The notes below the pieces were generated by a model that was not told the origin of the DNA, did no database searches, and was given only the letters and a program-made list of their open reading frames with translations. A DNA stretch of 64,000 nt. Origin: Spirochaetia bacterium (GTDB lineage: Bacteria > Spirochaetota > Leptospiria > Turneriellales > JAOUFE01). Both the position numbers and the translations under genes were made by a program. This document shows, piece by piece, positions 28,601 to 36,662 of the stretch. The DNA lies in NCBI GenBank assembly GCA_029857955.1, contig JAOUFY010000006.1, positions 1,390 to 65,389 on the forward strand. The letters are read 5' to 3'. The first letter of the stretch is position 1; each line of letters begins with the position of its first letter.

Positions 28601-29458
28601 AACGGCGGTAGCGGGGCAATAGCCTATGGAATCTATATTTTGGGAGTTCCATCGCCAAAGAACAATGTAATTTTTGTATCCGGTAAAAACAACACACGCT
28701 TTGCGTTTTATGAGGGTAATAACGTAACCAGCCCGGCGAACATTCTGAACAATAATATTTTTGACAGCGGCAGCGTAGGTAAATTTTATTTTTACGCGGA
28801 TAAACCTGGGGCTATCAGCACCGGAACAACCTGCATCAATGCGGCGGGGGGTCTTGATACTTCACGAAATTGTTACAGCCTCATTAGCGATGTCAACAAT
28901 GCAGCAGTAACTACCGGGGGGGCGGCAACCACCGCACAAGGGAATGTGAATATCGACAACACCGCAGGCCAGCTTTTTGTCAACGCACCTCTGATGCAAG
29001 ATACTACGAAGGACGGTGTTGACCCCAACGCCATCTACGATGGCGCCACCACAAGCATCGAAGTGGGCGCTTGCGATTTGCTCAACGCTCGGTATGTTCT
29101 AAACGAGTTTATCGAGTACAATGACGATACTATTGCGCGGCAAATCACGGGCGTAAATTGTACGGCAACGACATCGATCATTAGCTTTAGTCCGGCGCTG
29201 GCAGCAGCCAGCACTGCGGGCGTGCAAATCACGCTCTGGGGCGCCAATGGCGCGAACATGATCGAAAATTACAGGTTAAACGCGGCGACGGCCAATACCT
29301 GCAATGCGCTTTTTGGCGGATTGAACCTGGGCGCTGGAATCACTGACTTTGACGGCATTACCAGGACGGCGAATATCACCGGTCTACCCTGTACCATGAC
29401 TGCGCCGTCGAGTACCCTTGGTCAGGGTTGGTCGATGGGCGCGTTTGAAAGGGATTGA
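25694..29458 (+). CDS. Giant surface-type lipoprotein: two Ig-like domains, an FN3-like domain and a right-handed beta-helix with ~19 degenerate repeats
   Basis: Canonical lipobox VILAGCGG. Two SbsA/Big-like modules are present (LTTLDIEFNDALEPVSAATLSNYAI... and FHVRVQFNYNVDPVSGTTLSNYGI...). An FN3-like module follows (LVWTSKSGATSYTVDVATD...YYWRVRA), then a DUF1565-like helix start (SAPFQTIMGGAAEAARLGKKTVKVASRG). Repeats of the form SNNTINGGSGxxSYGxxN follow. The C-terminal end reads DFDGITRT...GWSMGAFE, as in beta-helix (choice-of-anchor-Q-like) proteins. Confidence 0.7.
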   Translation: MNARTKIFYAGLSMLGVILAGCGGKNTSTGDLLSGSTLPALSVSSVSARNLTTLDIEFNDALEPVSAATLSNYAIKNNAGVAVNISAVHVDAANNKKVNLTTAYLNETVAYSLTVYNVSGTGATRPIPVAGVSTSFTGLGSNSPQFGIQSVATLDAFHVRVQFNYNVDPVSGTTLSNYGITSVSNGTPVNVTAAVINALNAATVDLTTGDLTVFTQYTLKVTNVSTTATALPISSTGISLVFSGVAGSLADSTPPNILSPANGSVTGLSVALVWTSKSGATSYTVDVATDAGFTLPITGSPFTVTAPSTTYSLTLATGNRYYWRVRANTTALGQYGSGSFDALDAAIYVYCASGTTCSDTGAIGHQSAPFQTIMGGAAEAARLGKKTVKVASRGGLSAYAETLILRDGVSLSGGYNAATWIQDKVNNRTAVSSAITYVVYGQNIAMNTVVEGFNFQNISTGQINSYGMKLDNCLNQLTIQDNTINSGTGTTTSAAIYNNGSFPNILGNTMNAGGGGTSYGVYNNIGSITTLSNNTINGGSGTTSYGIFNNDTITTMSGNAVNGGSGTGNTYGVFNGGSITTFSNNSITGGSGSTASYGAYLPAASSIATLTNNTLNGGSGANSYGVYTASTTALVFSNNTIHGGSGSASSRGIYNAAGSSIALTGNIITAGSGAGISFGVDNAATATLSLSSGNTFNGGGATTSYGVNNPATAILSGLTNNIFNGDSATTFYGIYNLANNTIPTLSNNVFNGGSGDFYGIYNKPLSGATNSITTVSNNTFNGGTGTNFYGVYNFSLAGVTAVIGTLTFNTFNGGSQTVNSYGISNFNGGSTITTLSNNIIHVGSGATIYGILNSAGGIGTLSNNTITGGSGTGTSYGLSNTGGTIATLSNNTINGGSGATAYGISNTGAINTMSNNTIHAGSGTNSYGVFNSAGSIATFSNNSINGGSGTNSYGVWNNNTITMFSNNTINGGSGAIAYGIYILGVPSPKNNVIFVSGKNNTRFAFYEGNNVTSPANILNNNIFDSGSVGKFYFYADKPGAISTGTTCINAAGGLDTSRNCYSLISDVNNAAVTTGGAATTAQGNVNIDNTAGQLFVNAPLMQDTTKDGVDPNAIYDGATTSIEVGACDLLNARYVLNEFIEYNDDTIARQITGVNCTATTSIISFSPALAAASTAGVQITLWGANGANMIENYRLNAATANTCNALFGGLNLGAGITDFDGITRTANITGLPCTMTAPSSTLGQGWSMGAFERD
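27131..28640 (+). repeat. In-frame tandem array of ~19 degenerate 25-27-codon repeats inside the giant lipoprotein gene
   Basis: By hand count there are 19 units of (T/F/M)-(L/F)-S-N-N-(T/S)-I-x-G-G-S-G-x-x-x-Y-G-(V/I)-x-N. The spacing of the TCG(Ser) codons at 28277, 28358, 28433, 28511 and 28586 is 81, 75, 78 and 75 bp. Confidence 0.85.
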
Positions 29459-29469
29459 TCTGATTTGTA

Positions 29470-29618
29470 GGGTGATGTCTATAAACAAGAAATTTGCCAC
29501 GGATGGACACGGATAAACACGGATTAAAGATTCATAAAGGCATCTATCTGTATTTATCCGTGTTTATCCAGCGAAGCGGGTGGCCATTTTTTTCGGATTT
29601 TACTTTTTAGACAGCCCC
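29470..29618. repeat. MITE-like repeat, family 1
   Basis: The termini are GGGTGATGTCTATAAAC (left) and TACTTTTTAGACAGCCCC (right, 29601..29618). The right terminus matches ACTTTTTAGACAGCCCC at 20392..20408. The internal 14-bp perfect inverted repeat is GGATAAACACGGAT (29511..29524) / ATCCGTGTTTATCC (29556..29569). Confidence 0.75.
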
Positions 29619-29965
29619 AAATATTTCCGGATACTCGGGAAAAGGTAGCTACTAATGACCGTAGCAAACACAACAAGGTTATCTTTAAACCGTACGAACA
29701 GCAAAAGCCTTACAATGCCAAAGGCGCACTTCACTTTTTTTTTAAAAGACACCACTTCATTTATTCTTAACAGGAATCAGTAATGGTTTATCATTACATC
29801 AAGCTGTCTTAATAAGATTATTGATAAAGTTGTTATTTTTTTACACCTTTGTTTATAAAATTTTTAATTATTAAAAAAATGAAATACCATTTGAGAATAT
29901 TTTGACAAGTCCGATAACAAAGTAATCGAAAAAACCGTCGGAGAATCATGTACATTACTTCATAT

Positions 29966-30086
29966 ACAGGATTATTTGGACAAGATGTACTAAAGCTTTT
30001 CAAAAGAATCCTACACATCGTGCCGATGAATCCTGTAGAATGATTGAACGATCCTGTCACTTGATCAAATATATCCTGTTGATCAA
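29966..30086. repeat. Iteron-like array: phased ATCCT(G/A)(T/C) heptamers plus two TTGATCAA palindromes
   Basis: ATCCT cores start at 30008, 30030, 30051 and 30073, a spacing of 22, 21 and 22 bp. An inverted copy, ACAGGAT, lies at 29966..29972. TTGATCAA occurs at 30061..30068 and 30079..30086. Confidence 0.6.
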
Positions 30087-30175
30087 GCAAGTAGAGCGTT
30101 TACAAAGAAAGTGTGAGATTGAACAGGTCGAAAAAAATTTCCCCTTATCTCGATGTTATTTATTTTAAAAGTCGC

Positions 30176-30669
30176 TTACTTTCTGGTTAATGCTGATAAA
30201 TCTTCCAGTAAGGCCTGAAGGTCTTCTTCATGCATAACTTCATCCTGCAATATTTGCACAACCAGGTTGTAGGTTACCGGATCTTTAAACCCGACCTCTT
30301 GAATCAGTTGATTATAGACCGTAATGGCACATTGTTCGCCTCGAATATTTTGCTCAAGTATACTGCGTACATAGGAATCCGAAGGCGCTTCATATCCGCA
30401 TGAGCTCCATTTAAACCATTCCCTGGGATCCTGCAAGAGAACTCCGCCCAACTGAACGATTCTGGAGGTTATCATTTCTGCATGTCGCAGTTCATCGGCG
30501 GCGTGTTGCACCAACTCTGCAATAACGGCATCTTTCATGGGGCCAGAGACAACCTTGGAGCCAAGCCAATACTGATAATATGCGAGCCATTCGTCGGCAA
30601 AGCCTTCGTGAGCAACTCGATAACCCGTTCAAGATTTTCCCCTACAATTTCGCGTCCTTTCGTTCCCAT
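30176..30669 (-). pseudogene. Dps-like (DPSL) / ferritin-like di-iron protein interrupted by a 1-nt frameshift
   Basis: ORF 30176..30538 encodes ...HAADELRHAEMITSRIVQLGG...GEQCAITVYNQL...DPVTYNLVVQILQDEVMHEEDL. Upstream, from the ATG at 30669, a second frame reads MGTKGREIVGENLERVIELLTKA and then runs out of frame. Adding one T to GCTTTGCC (A3 run on + strand, 30599..30601) restores ...KAFADEWLAYYQYWLGSKVVSGPMKDAV..., giving ~164 aa. Confidence 0.75.
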
Positions 30670-30824
30670 GGTTTATTTCCTTGTTTTTACTATACTAAAT
30701 CCAATATTTAACCACATATTATTATCGAAAGCATTTATTTTAAAGACGACTAAAACTTACGTATGGGGTGACGGAATCTGCCGTTGCAGATGAAGGCAGG
30801 GGAAAAACTTTTCCCCTTTTAATA

Positions 30825-33710
30825 TTAAAGTTCATTTAAAAACTTACTTTCGGGAAAGCTTTCTTTTAACTTGTCTTTATAAGTCGTGTACTCGCTTGTT
30901 TTACCGGCTTTTTTAAAACAAAGGGCGGCTTTATACAATGCCTTTTCAAACAAGTCGTGATTACCGGAGTATAAATAAATAATTTTTGTATATTCGCGCG
31001 CGCCGGTAAGGTATTCCTGTTTCATCAACTGAATTTCGCCAAGATAATAATATGACCATGCGGCAAAATATTCTTCCTCTGTTTTTTGAACAACCTGTCT
31101 AAAAAACTCTGAGGCTTCATTAAACTTTTCACTTTCGTAATACCCCATTGCCAAATAATACCTTGCAGCAATGGAAAGCTCCGGTATTACAAGAAGTTTT
31201 TTTAAAACCTCTTCCGATTTTGCATATTCTTTTTGATTTAAATAAATTCGGGCATCGAGTAAATCTAACTGGGCAAGCATGATTTTATCGTTTAACGCTT
31301 TTTGCTTCTGAACTTGAAGAATTTCCTGAGCGACATCCGTTCTATTCATTTGAATGTTCAATTGAACTATCTCTGTAATGATTTTCAAGCGAAATGGCGC
31401 ATACTCTTCGGCGTTGCTGTTTAAAAGATCATTTGCAATTTTTAACGACTCATCGACATTATTTTGCTCAGAATACATTTTTATACGTTGAAATTCCATT
31501 TCAATTTTTTGTTCCGGGTTTTGCGAGCTTTCGATGATTGTTCTATATATTTTATCCGCCTTTTGTGTGTTTCCAATACGTCGGTAGTAATTGCCAATAT
31601 TACGAAGCATTTCTGGCAAATACAAAGATGTTGATTTTTCTTTTTTTAAATTCTCGTATACCTTTTCGGCTGCGGCTGGTTCTTTTATCTCAAGAAGAGA
31701 ATTTAACAACGCATAATTTGCTTCTTCTGTAAAATTAGAGACAGGAAACTCTTTTAAAAACTTTTTATAAGATAATATTGCTTCTTGATTTTTCTTTACA
31801 ATGGTCAATGTTTTTGAATAATCAAGCAGAGCTTTTTCTTTAAAAATATTATCGGAAGGGGCTTTTTCATATGATTGAATAAATTCCGTCATGGCTTCAT
31901 CAAATTTTTTCAAATTAAAGTACGACCATCCTTTAAAATAAACGGCTTCAATTGTTCTTTTGCCCTCAGGGTAATGAGTTAAATAATTATCAAATGCTGA
32001 AATGGATTTTTCAAAAGTTGACTCTCTGTAATATACCCATGCAATTTGAAATGTCGCTTCTTCAGCCGCTTCTTCTTTAGGATAATTATCAATAATTTTA
32101 TTATAATATTTTATAGCATCCTCAAATCCGCGAAGATTATACATACAAGACGCGGTAGCAAGAAGCACATTTGATTTTTGTAAATTATTTTTTGCCGCAG
32201 CTTCAGCTTTTCTAAACCAGTCCGAAGCGCGGGCATACTGCTTTAACTCAAAATAACTCCAGCCTACACCCATTAAAGAATCAAAGTATCTCGAGTGTTT
32301 TGGAAAAAACCTTATAATTTTATTATAACTTTGCAATGCCTTTGTGTATTCTGTCAGAGCATAGTATACCTCGCCCTGCAAAAAATATGCATCAGTCTTC
32401 CAATTTGATTTGGGATATTTCTCTTCCAATTTATTAAGTATATCAAGAGCTACATTATACATCTGACCTTTATAATGACTCTGTGCCCTCATGTACATGG
32501 CTTCTGGCGCTAAATTTGAAGTTGGATATTTTTCATATAATCTTTCAAAGGCAACTGCTGAATTTCGAAAATCTCCATTTTGAAACAATAAATTTCCCTT
32601 TTTTTGAAGTATTACAATTTCAGCATCGCTTGCAAGCTCAAATCCGCCGAGAATGCGATCGTAAATATCGAGAGCCTTCTGATTTTCTCCAGCTTGCTGA
32701 TAACAGTCAGCAAGTAGTTCAAGCGCCTGCGAATTAAACTCTGATTGTGAATATTTCTCGACAACTACCTTATAATTTTCTGCGGCATGTGAATAGTCTT
32801 TTTGCATTTGCAAAATCTGCCCTTTTCGAAAATAAGCAGAACCTATTTCACTCCATTTAGAGTAGTTCTGAATTATGCTATTTAAGTAAGTTAATGAAGT
32901 TTCAAAATCATTTAATTTATACCTTGTCAACGCCAGTTGATAATTGGCATCAGCAAGAAGATCTGAATTTTTAAAATTATCCAGTATATAATGAAATTGT
33001 TTTTCTGCATCTATATATTTTTTTTCAGCATAATATGTTTTACCGATCCACAACTGGGCGCTGTTTAACTCATCAGAATCCTCAAGTGTAATTAACATAT
33101 TTTGAAATTGTTTTCTAGCCAGCGCGTATTCAGCGTTATTGAAATGAGCAATTCCAAGTTGCAATGCAATACTCGGAGCCATTTTGCTGGCAGGATAAAG
33201 TGATAATGCCTTTTCAAATTCAGCAACGGCATCATCATATCGCTTTAGTACATTATAAATATAACCAATTGTATAATAGGCATAGGCGGCATGTTTATCT
33301 TCAGGATATTTTTTTACAAAATCATAATGGCTCTGTAAAGCATTTCGATAATCTTTTAAATAATAATAACATTCCCCCATCCAATATTCGACATTGGGAG
33401 CAAACTCTGACATGGAATAATCTCGAAGAAAAATTTTAATTTCAAAAAGAGCCGAGTTATAATCTTCTTCATAGTAATATGTAAGCGCAAGGTAATACTG
33501 GGCATCGTCGGCATATTCACCGGTATGATCTTTATGAATGATTTCCTGGAGTAAAAGTCGAGAAGTATAATAATTTTTTTCTTTAAATGCCGTCATCGCG
33601 GCCTGAAATGCCTTACGGCTTAAAAAGTCCTGTGAAAATAAATTCTCAACGCCGATAAACAGTGTACATAAAAATAGAATAAATACTTTTTTTGAAATTT
33701 TTTTTTTCAT
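30825..33710 (-). CDS. Large exported TPR-repeat protein (YbgF/BamD-like repeats)
   Basis: Signal peptide MKKKISKKVFILFLCTLFIGVENLFSQ. More than 20 TPR-like helical pairs carry recurrent A-x-Y-x-L-(A/G)-x-x-Y-Y motifs over 961 aa. Confidence 0.75.
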   Translation of the reverse strand: MKKKISKKVFILFLCTLFIGVENLFSQDFLSRKAFQAAMTAFKEKNYYTSRLLLQEIIHKDHTGEYADDAQYYLALTYYYEEDYNSALFEIKIFLRDYSMSEFAPNVEYWMGECYYYLKDYRNALQSHYDFVKKYPEDKHAAYAYYTIGYIYNVLKRYDDAVAEFEKALSLYPASKMAPSIALQLGIAHFNNAEYALARKQFQNMLITLEDSDELNSAQLWIGKTYYAEKKYIDAEKQFHYILDNFKNSDLLADANYQLALTRYKLNDFETSLTYLNSIIQNYSKWSEIGSAYFRKGQILQMQKDYSHAAENYKVVVEKYSQSEFNSQALELLADCYQQAGENQKALDIYDRILGGFELASDAEIVILQKKGNLLFQNGDFRNSAVAFERLYEKYPTSNLAPEAMYMRAQSHYKGQMYNVALDILNKLEEKYPKSNWKTDAYFLQGEVYYALTEYTKALQSYNKIIRFFPKHSRYFDSLMGVGWSYFELKQYARASDWFRKAEAAAKNNLQKSNVLLATASCMYNLRGFEDAIKYYNKIIDNYPKEEAAEEATFQIAWVYYRESTFEKSISAFDNYLTHYPEGKRTIEAVYFKGWSYFNLKKFDEAMTEFIQSYEKAPSDNIFKEKALLDYSKTLTIVKKNQEAILSYKKFLKEFPVSNFTEEANYALLNSLLEIKEPAAAEKVYENLKKEKSTSLYLPEMLRNIGNYYRRIGNTQKADKIYRTIIESSQNPEQKIEMEFQRIKMYSEQNNVDESLKIANDLLNSNAEEYAPFRLKIITEIVQLNIQMNRTDVAQEILQVQKQKALNDKIMLAQLDLLDARIYLNQKEYAKSEEVLKKLLVIPELSIAARYYLAMGYYESEKFNEASEFFRQVVQKTEEEYFAAWSYYYLGEIQLMKQEYLTGAREYTKIIYLYSGNHDLFEKALYKAALCFKKAGKTSEYTTYKDKLKESFPESKFLNEL

Positions 33711-33791
33711 AATTACTGATTACAATTCAAGAATAGAATTTTCTATTAGAGTTCTCCTTACACAAATAGAAAATTCCATGTTTACAATAAA

Positions 33792-35138
33792 TTATAATAT
33801 ATGCCTGGAAAGATCTTCGTTTTTCATTACGCCGTCTAATTGTTTTTTAACATATTCATCATCAATCACAACTTCCATGGAAACATACTTATCTGCGTTA
33901 AATGATACATCTTCCAACAGTTTTTCCATAACTGTATGTAAACGACGAGCGCCTATATTTTCAGATCGTGAATTCATTATAGAGGCTATTTTCGCAATTT
34001 CGTGCAATCCGGATTTTTCAAATTTCAGGGCAATGTCTTCCGTTGAAAGAAGCGCCTGATATTGCTTGGTTAAGGCATTTTTCGGATTATGCAGGATGGA
34101 AAAATAATCATCTTCCGTCAGAGAATTAAGTTCTACGCGAATTGGAAATCTTCCCTGAAGCTCCGGAATTAAGTCAGACACGGAAGTCATATGAAACGCT
34201 CCGGCAGCTATAAACAAGATATGATCAGTTCTTATGCTTCCATATCTGGTATTTACCGTTGAACCTTCTATAATGGGTAAGATATCTCTTTGAACACCCT
34301 CGCGAGACACATCTGGAGAACCTTTACTGCCCCTTGAACTGATTTTATCGATTTCGTCAATAAATACGATTCCATTTTGTTCAACACTTTCGATGGCCTC
34401 TGACTTAATTTTTTCCATATCAATAAGATGCTCCATCTCCTCTTCTACAAGAATTTTTCGAGCATCCTTAACTGTCATTTTTTTACTTGATTTTTTCTTG
34501 GGCATTAAATCGCCTAGAACCGACTGCATCTGGTTTTCCATATCTTCCATACCGGGAATAGCCATGATTTGCATCATTGGTTGAGAAGAAGCCGTTGATT
34601 TTATTTCAATTTCTTTTTCTTCGAGGCTGCCCATATGGAGTTTTCGACGAAACATTTCCAGAATATCTTCGTCTTCTTTAGTATGGGCAACATGAGAAGT
34701 TTCGGAAGGTTTATCAGCGCCGTTTAATAATATTTCAAGAATTCTTTCTTCTGCGCGAGCAGCGGCTTTTTCTTTAACTTTTTCTTCGTGATTATGTTTT
34801 ACCATTTTTATGGCAACATTTAAAAGATCGCGGATCATGCTTTCGACATCGCGCCCAACGTAACCTACCTCGGTATATTTTGTAGCTTCGACTTTAATAA
34901 AAGGCGCATCTACAAGACGCGCAAGTCTTCTTGCAATTTCTGTTTTACCAACTCCCGTAGGACCCATCATAATGATATTTTTAGGATGAATTTCTTCTTG
35001 AATCGGATCATTTAAAAGAGATTTTCTGCGCAAACGGTTTCTTAAAGCAATGGCTACCGATTTTTTAGCCTCGCTCTGGCCAATGATAAATTCATCTAAT
35101 TTTTCTACAGTTTCCTTAGGCGTAAGTCCAGTTAACAT
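33792..35138 (-). CDS. hslU: ATP-dependent protease ATPase subunit HslU
   Basis: LTPKETVEKLDEFIIGQSEAKKSVAIALRNR, Walker A MMGPTGVGKTEIARRLA and Walker B GIVFIDEIDKI. It lies immediately downstream of hslV. Confidence 0.95.
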   Translation of the reverse strand: MLTGLTPKETVEKLDEFIIGQSEAKKSVAIALRNRLRRKSLLNDPIQEEIHPKNIIMMGPTGVGKTEIARRLARLVDAPFIKVEATKYTEVGYVGRDVESMIRDLLNVAIKMVKHNHEEKVKEKAAARAEERILEILLNGADKPSETSHVAHTKEDEDILEMFRRKLHMGSLEEKEIEIKSTASSQPMMQIMAIPGMEDMENQMQSVLGDLMPKKKSSKKMTVKDARKILVEEEMEHLIDMEKIKSEAIESVEQNGIVFIDEIDKISSRGSKGSPDVSREGVQRDILPIIEGSTVNTRYGSIRTDHILFIAAGAFHMTSVSDLIPELQGRFPIRVELNSLTEDDYFSILHNPKNALTKQYQALLSTEDIALKFEKSGLHEIAKIASIMNSRSENIGARRLHTVMEKLLEDVSFNADKYVSMEVVIDDEYVKKQLDGVMKNEDLSRHIL

Positions 35139-35139
35139 A

Positions 35140-35694
35140 TTATTCTTTTAACTCCAAAATGGTTATGTTGTGATTTGTATAAACGCAAATATCTGCGGCA
35201 ATTTCGAGTGATTTTTTAGCGATTTCTGCGGCGGTGTATTTACTGTTTTCAAGATAAGCTCTTCCTGCTGCAAGGGCAAAATTTCCGCCGGATCCTATGG
35301 CAATGATGTTATCTTCAGGTTCGATAACATCGCCGTTTCCGGAAAGTAAAAATATTTTTTTGCCATCACTGACAATCATCATCGCTTCAAGCCTTCTCAG
35401 CATTTTATCCATTCGCCAGTCTTTAGCAAGTTCTACGGCTGCACGCAAAAGGTTACCGCCGTATTTTTGCAATTTCTCCTCAAACAATTCAAGCAAAGTA
35501 AATGCATCCGCAGTTGATCCGGCAAACCCCGCGATCACTTTATCTGAATATATCTTTCTAACCTTGGTGGCGTTACCTTTTAGTATAGTCTGACCAAGCG
35601 AAACCTGACCGTCTCCGCCCATGGCGACCACGCCATCTTTTTGGACACAACAAATGGTGGTTCCATAAATCTTGCTTTCATCTGAATGGTTCAT
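35140..35694 (-). CDS. hslV: ATP-dependent protease subunit HslV
   Basis: [22 protein letters not shown] and [13 protein letters not shown]. The catalytic Thr-Thr is preceded by an 11-residue N-terminal extension ([11 protein letters not shown]). Confidence 0.93.
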   Translation of the reverse strand: MNHSDESKIYGTTICCVQKDGVVAMGGDGQVSLGQTILKGNATKVRKIYSDKVIAGFAGSTADAFTLLELFEEKLQKYGGNLLRAAVELAKDWRMDKMLRRLEAMMIVSDGKKIFLLSGNGDVIEPEDNIIAIGSGGNFALAAGRAYLENSKYTAAEIAKKSLEIAADICVYTNHNITILELKE

Positions 35695-36662
35695 TTATTA
35701 TCCTTACTTAAATCTATCGTTTTTTTCGCATGTGGATGACAATTTCTAAATGTATTTTGCAATTTCTCACGCGCCACTTTTGTATAGTTTTGCGTTGTTG
35801 AAATGCTTGAATGCCCCAGCATCTCCTGAATAACTCTGATATCTGCGCCTGAATTTAACATATCCGTAGCAAATGAATGCCTCATGGTATGCGGAGAGAT
35901 TTTATCGTCTCCTTTTAAAATAAGTTTTCTTCTTTTAATTATGTAAACGGCACCGTGCCTGGTAAGACGTCGTCTATGATGATTTATAAATAATGGTTGA
36001 TTGGTTTGCGATTGTTCATGAGAGGAAAATATTAAATATTGATTTAGAGCATCTTTCGCAAAACTTCCAATAAAAACAATCCTCTCCTTACCGCCCTTGC
36101 CTCTTATAAATATAGAATCTCGTATTTTCCCTGATACATCAAGAATATCCTGTACATTTAAACTAAGGATTTCAGAAACACGCATTCCGCTGGAATACAA
36201 CAATTCCAGTAAGGCCCTGTCTCGAATTTGAATAAACGCAGATTGACCGCTGTCTACCTCAAGCATGTCTTCAAGCTCAATCGGTTTTAAAGGTTTTGGC
36301 AATCCTCTTCTGTATTTTGGGGCGCTCATTTTTTTTAAGGGATTTTTTTCGATTAATTCTTTTTTTTCGACGAAAAGATAAAATGCTTTGATACATGCGG
36401 CCTTTCTTGCCTGAGTAGAGCGTTCAACACTTTTTTCTTCTTGAATTTTACTTAAAAAACCATACACCATTTTTAAATCAACTTCAAACCATTGCATACT
36501 TTCTATGTTTAAAAAATCAATAAACTGATTTAGATCGCTTTCATATGCCAGTTGAGTATTTAATGAAACACTTTTTTCGTATTTCAGATAATTAAAAAAA
36601 GCTTCCCTGATTTGTTCGTTGGAGTATGATGTAACATTACTCATTTTTTTGTTCCAATACAA
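35691..36662 (-). CDS. xerC: Tyrosine recombinase XerC/XerD family
   Basis: [11 protein letters not shown] (Arg), [12 protein letters not shown] (H-x-x-R), [13 protein letters not shown] (His, Tyr). It sits in the classical topA-xerC-hslV-hslU synteny. The assignment of XerC over XerD rests on that synteny only. Confidence 0.8.
   Translation of the reverse strand: MYWNKKMSNVTSYSNEQIREAFFNYLKYEKSVSLNTQLAYESDLNQFIDFLNIESMQWFEVDLKMVYGFLSKIQEEKSVERSTQARKAACIKAFYLFVEKKELIEKNPLKKMSAPKYRRGLPKPLKPIELEDMLEVDSGQSAFIQIRDRALLELLYSSGMRVSEILSLNVQDILDVSGKIRDSIFIRGKGGKERIVFIGSFAKDALNQYLIFSSHEQSQTNQPLFINHHRRRLTRHGAVYIIKRRKLILKGDDKISPHTMRHSFATDMLNSGADIRVIQEMLGHSSISTTQNYTKVAREKLQNTFRNCHPHAKKTIDLSKDNK

Noticed and set aside
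26224-28622. Several 60-150-aa ORFs on both strands within the giant lipoprotein gene (for example 26224..26643, 27170..27619, 28266..28622).
   Set aside because: They are out-of-frame or antisense readings of a GC-rich, repetitive coding region. Their repeats simply mirror the main-frame repeats.
27131-28640. The regular ~78-bp periodicity could superficially suggest a CRISPR-like array.
   Set aside because: The periodic units are imperfect, lie in one continuous 1254-codon reading frame, and encode a consistent protein repeat (SNNTINGGSGxxSYGxxN). There is no alternation of identical repeats with unique spacers, and there are no cas genes.
30797-30816. The hairpin AGGGGAAAAACTTTTCCCCT followed by TTTT on the + strand, considered as a plus-strand terminator.
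   Set aside because: No plus-strand gene ends here. It lies just after the stop of the minus-strand TPR gene (30825) and most likely serves as its terminator region, together with the adjacent CTGCC/GGCAG hairpin. The orientation is ambiguous, so I did not list it as a feature.
35691-36662. The tyrosine recombinase might mark an integrated mobile element.
   Set aside because: It sits in the conserved housekeeping block topA-xerC-hslV-hslU, with overlapping or abutting reading frames. There are no flanking direct repeats, tRNA gene or phage or plasmid genes.
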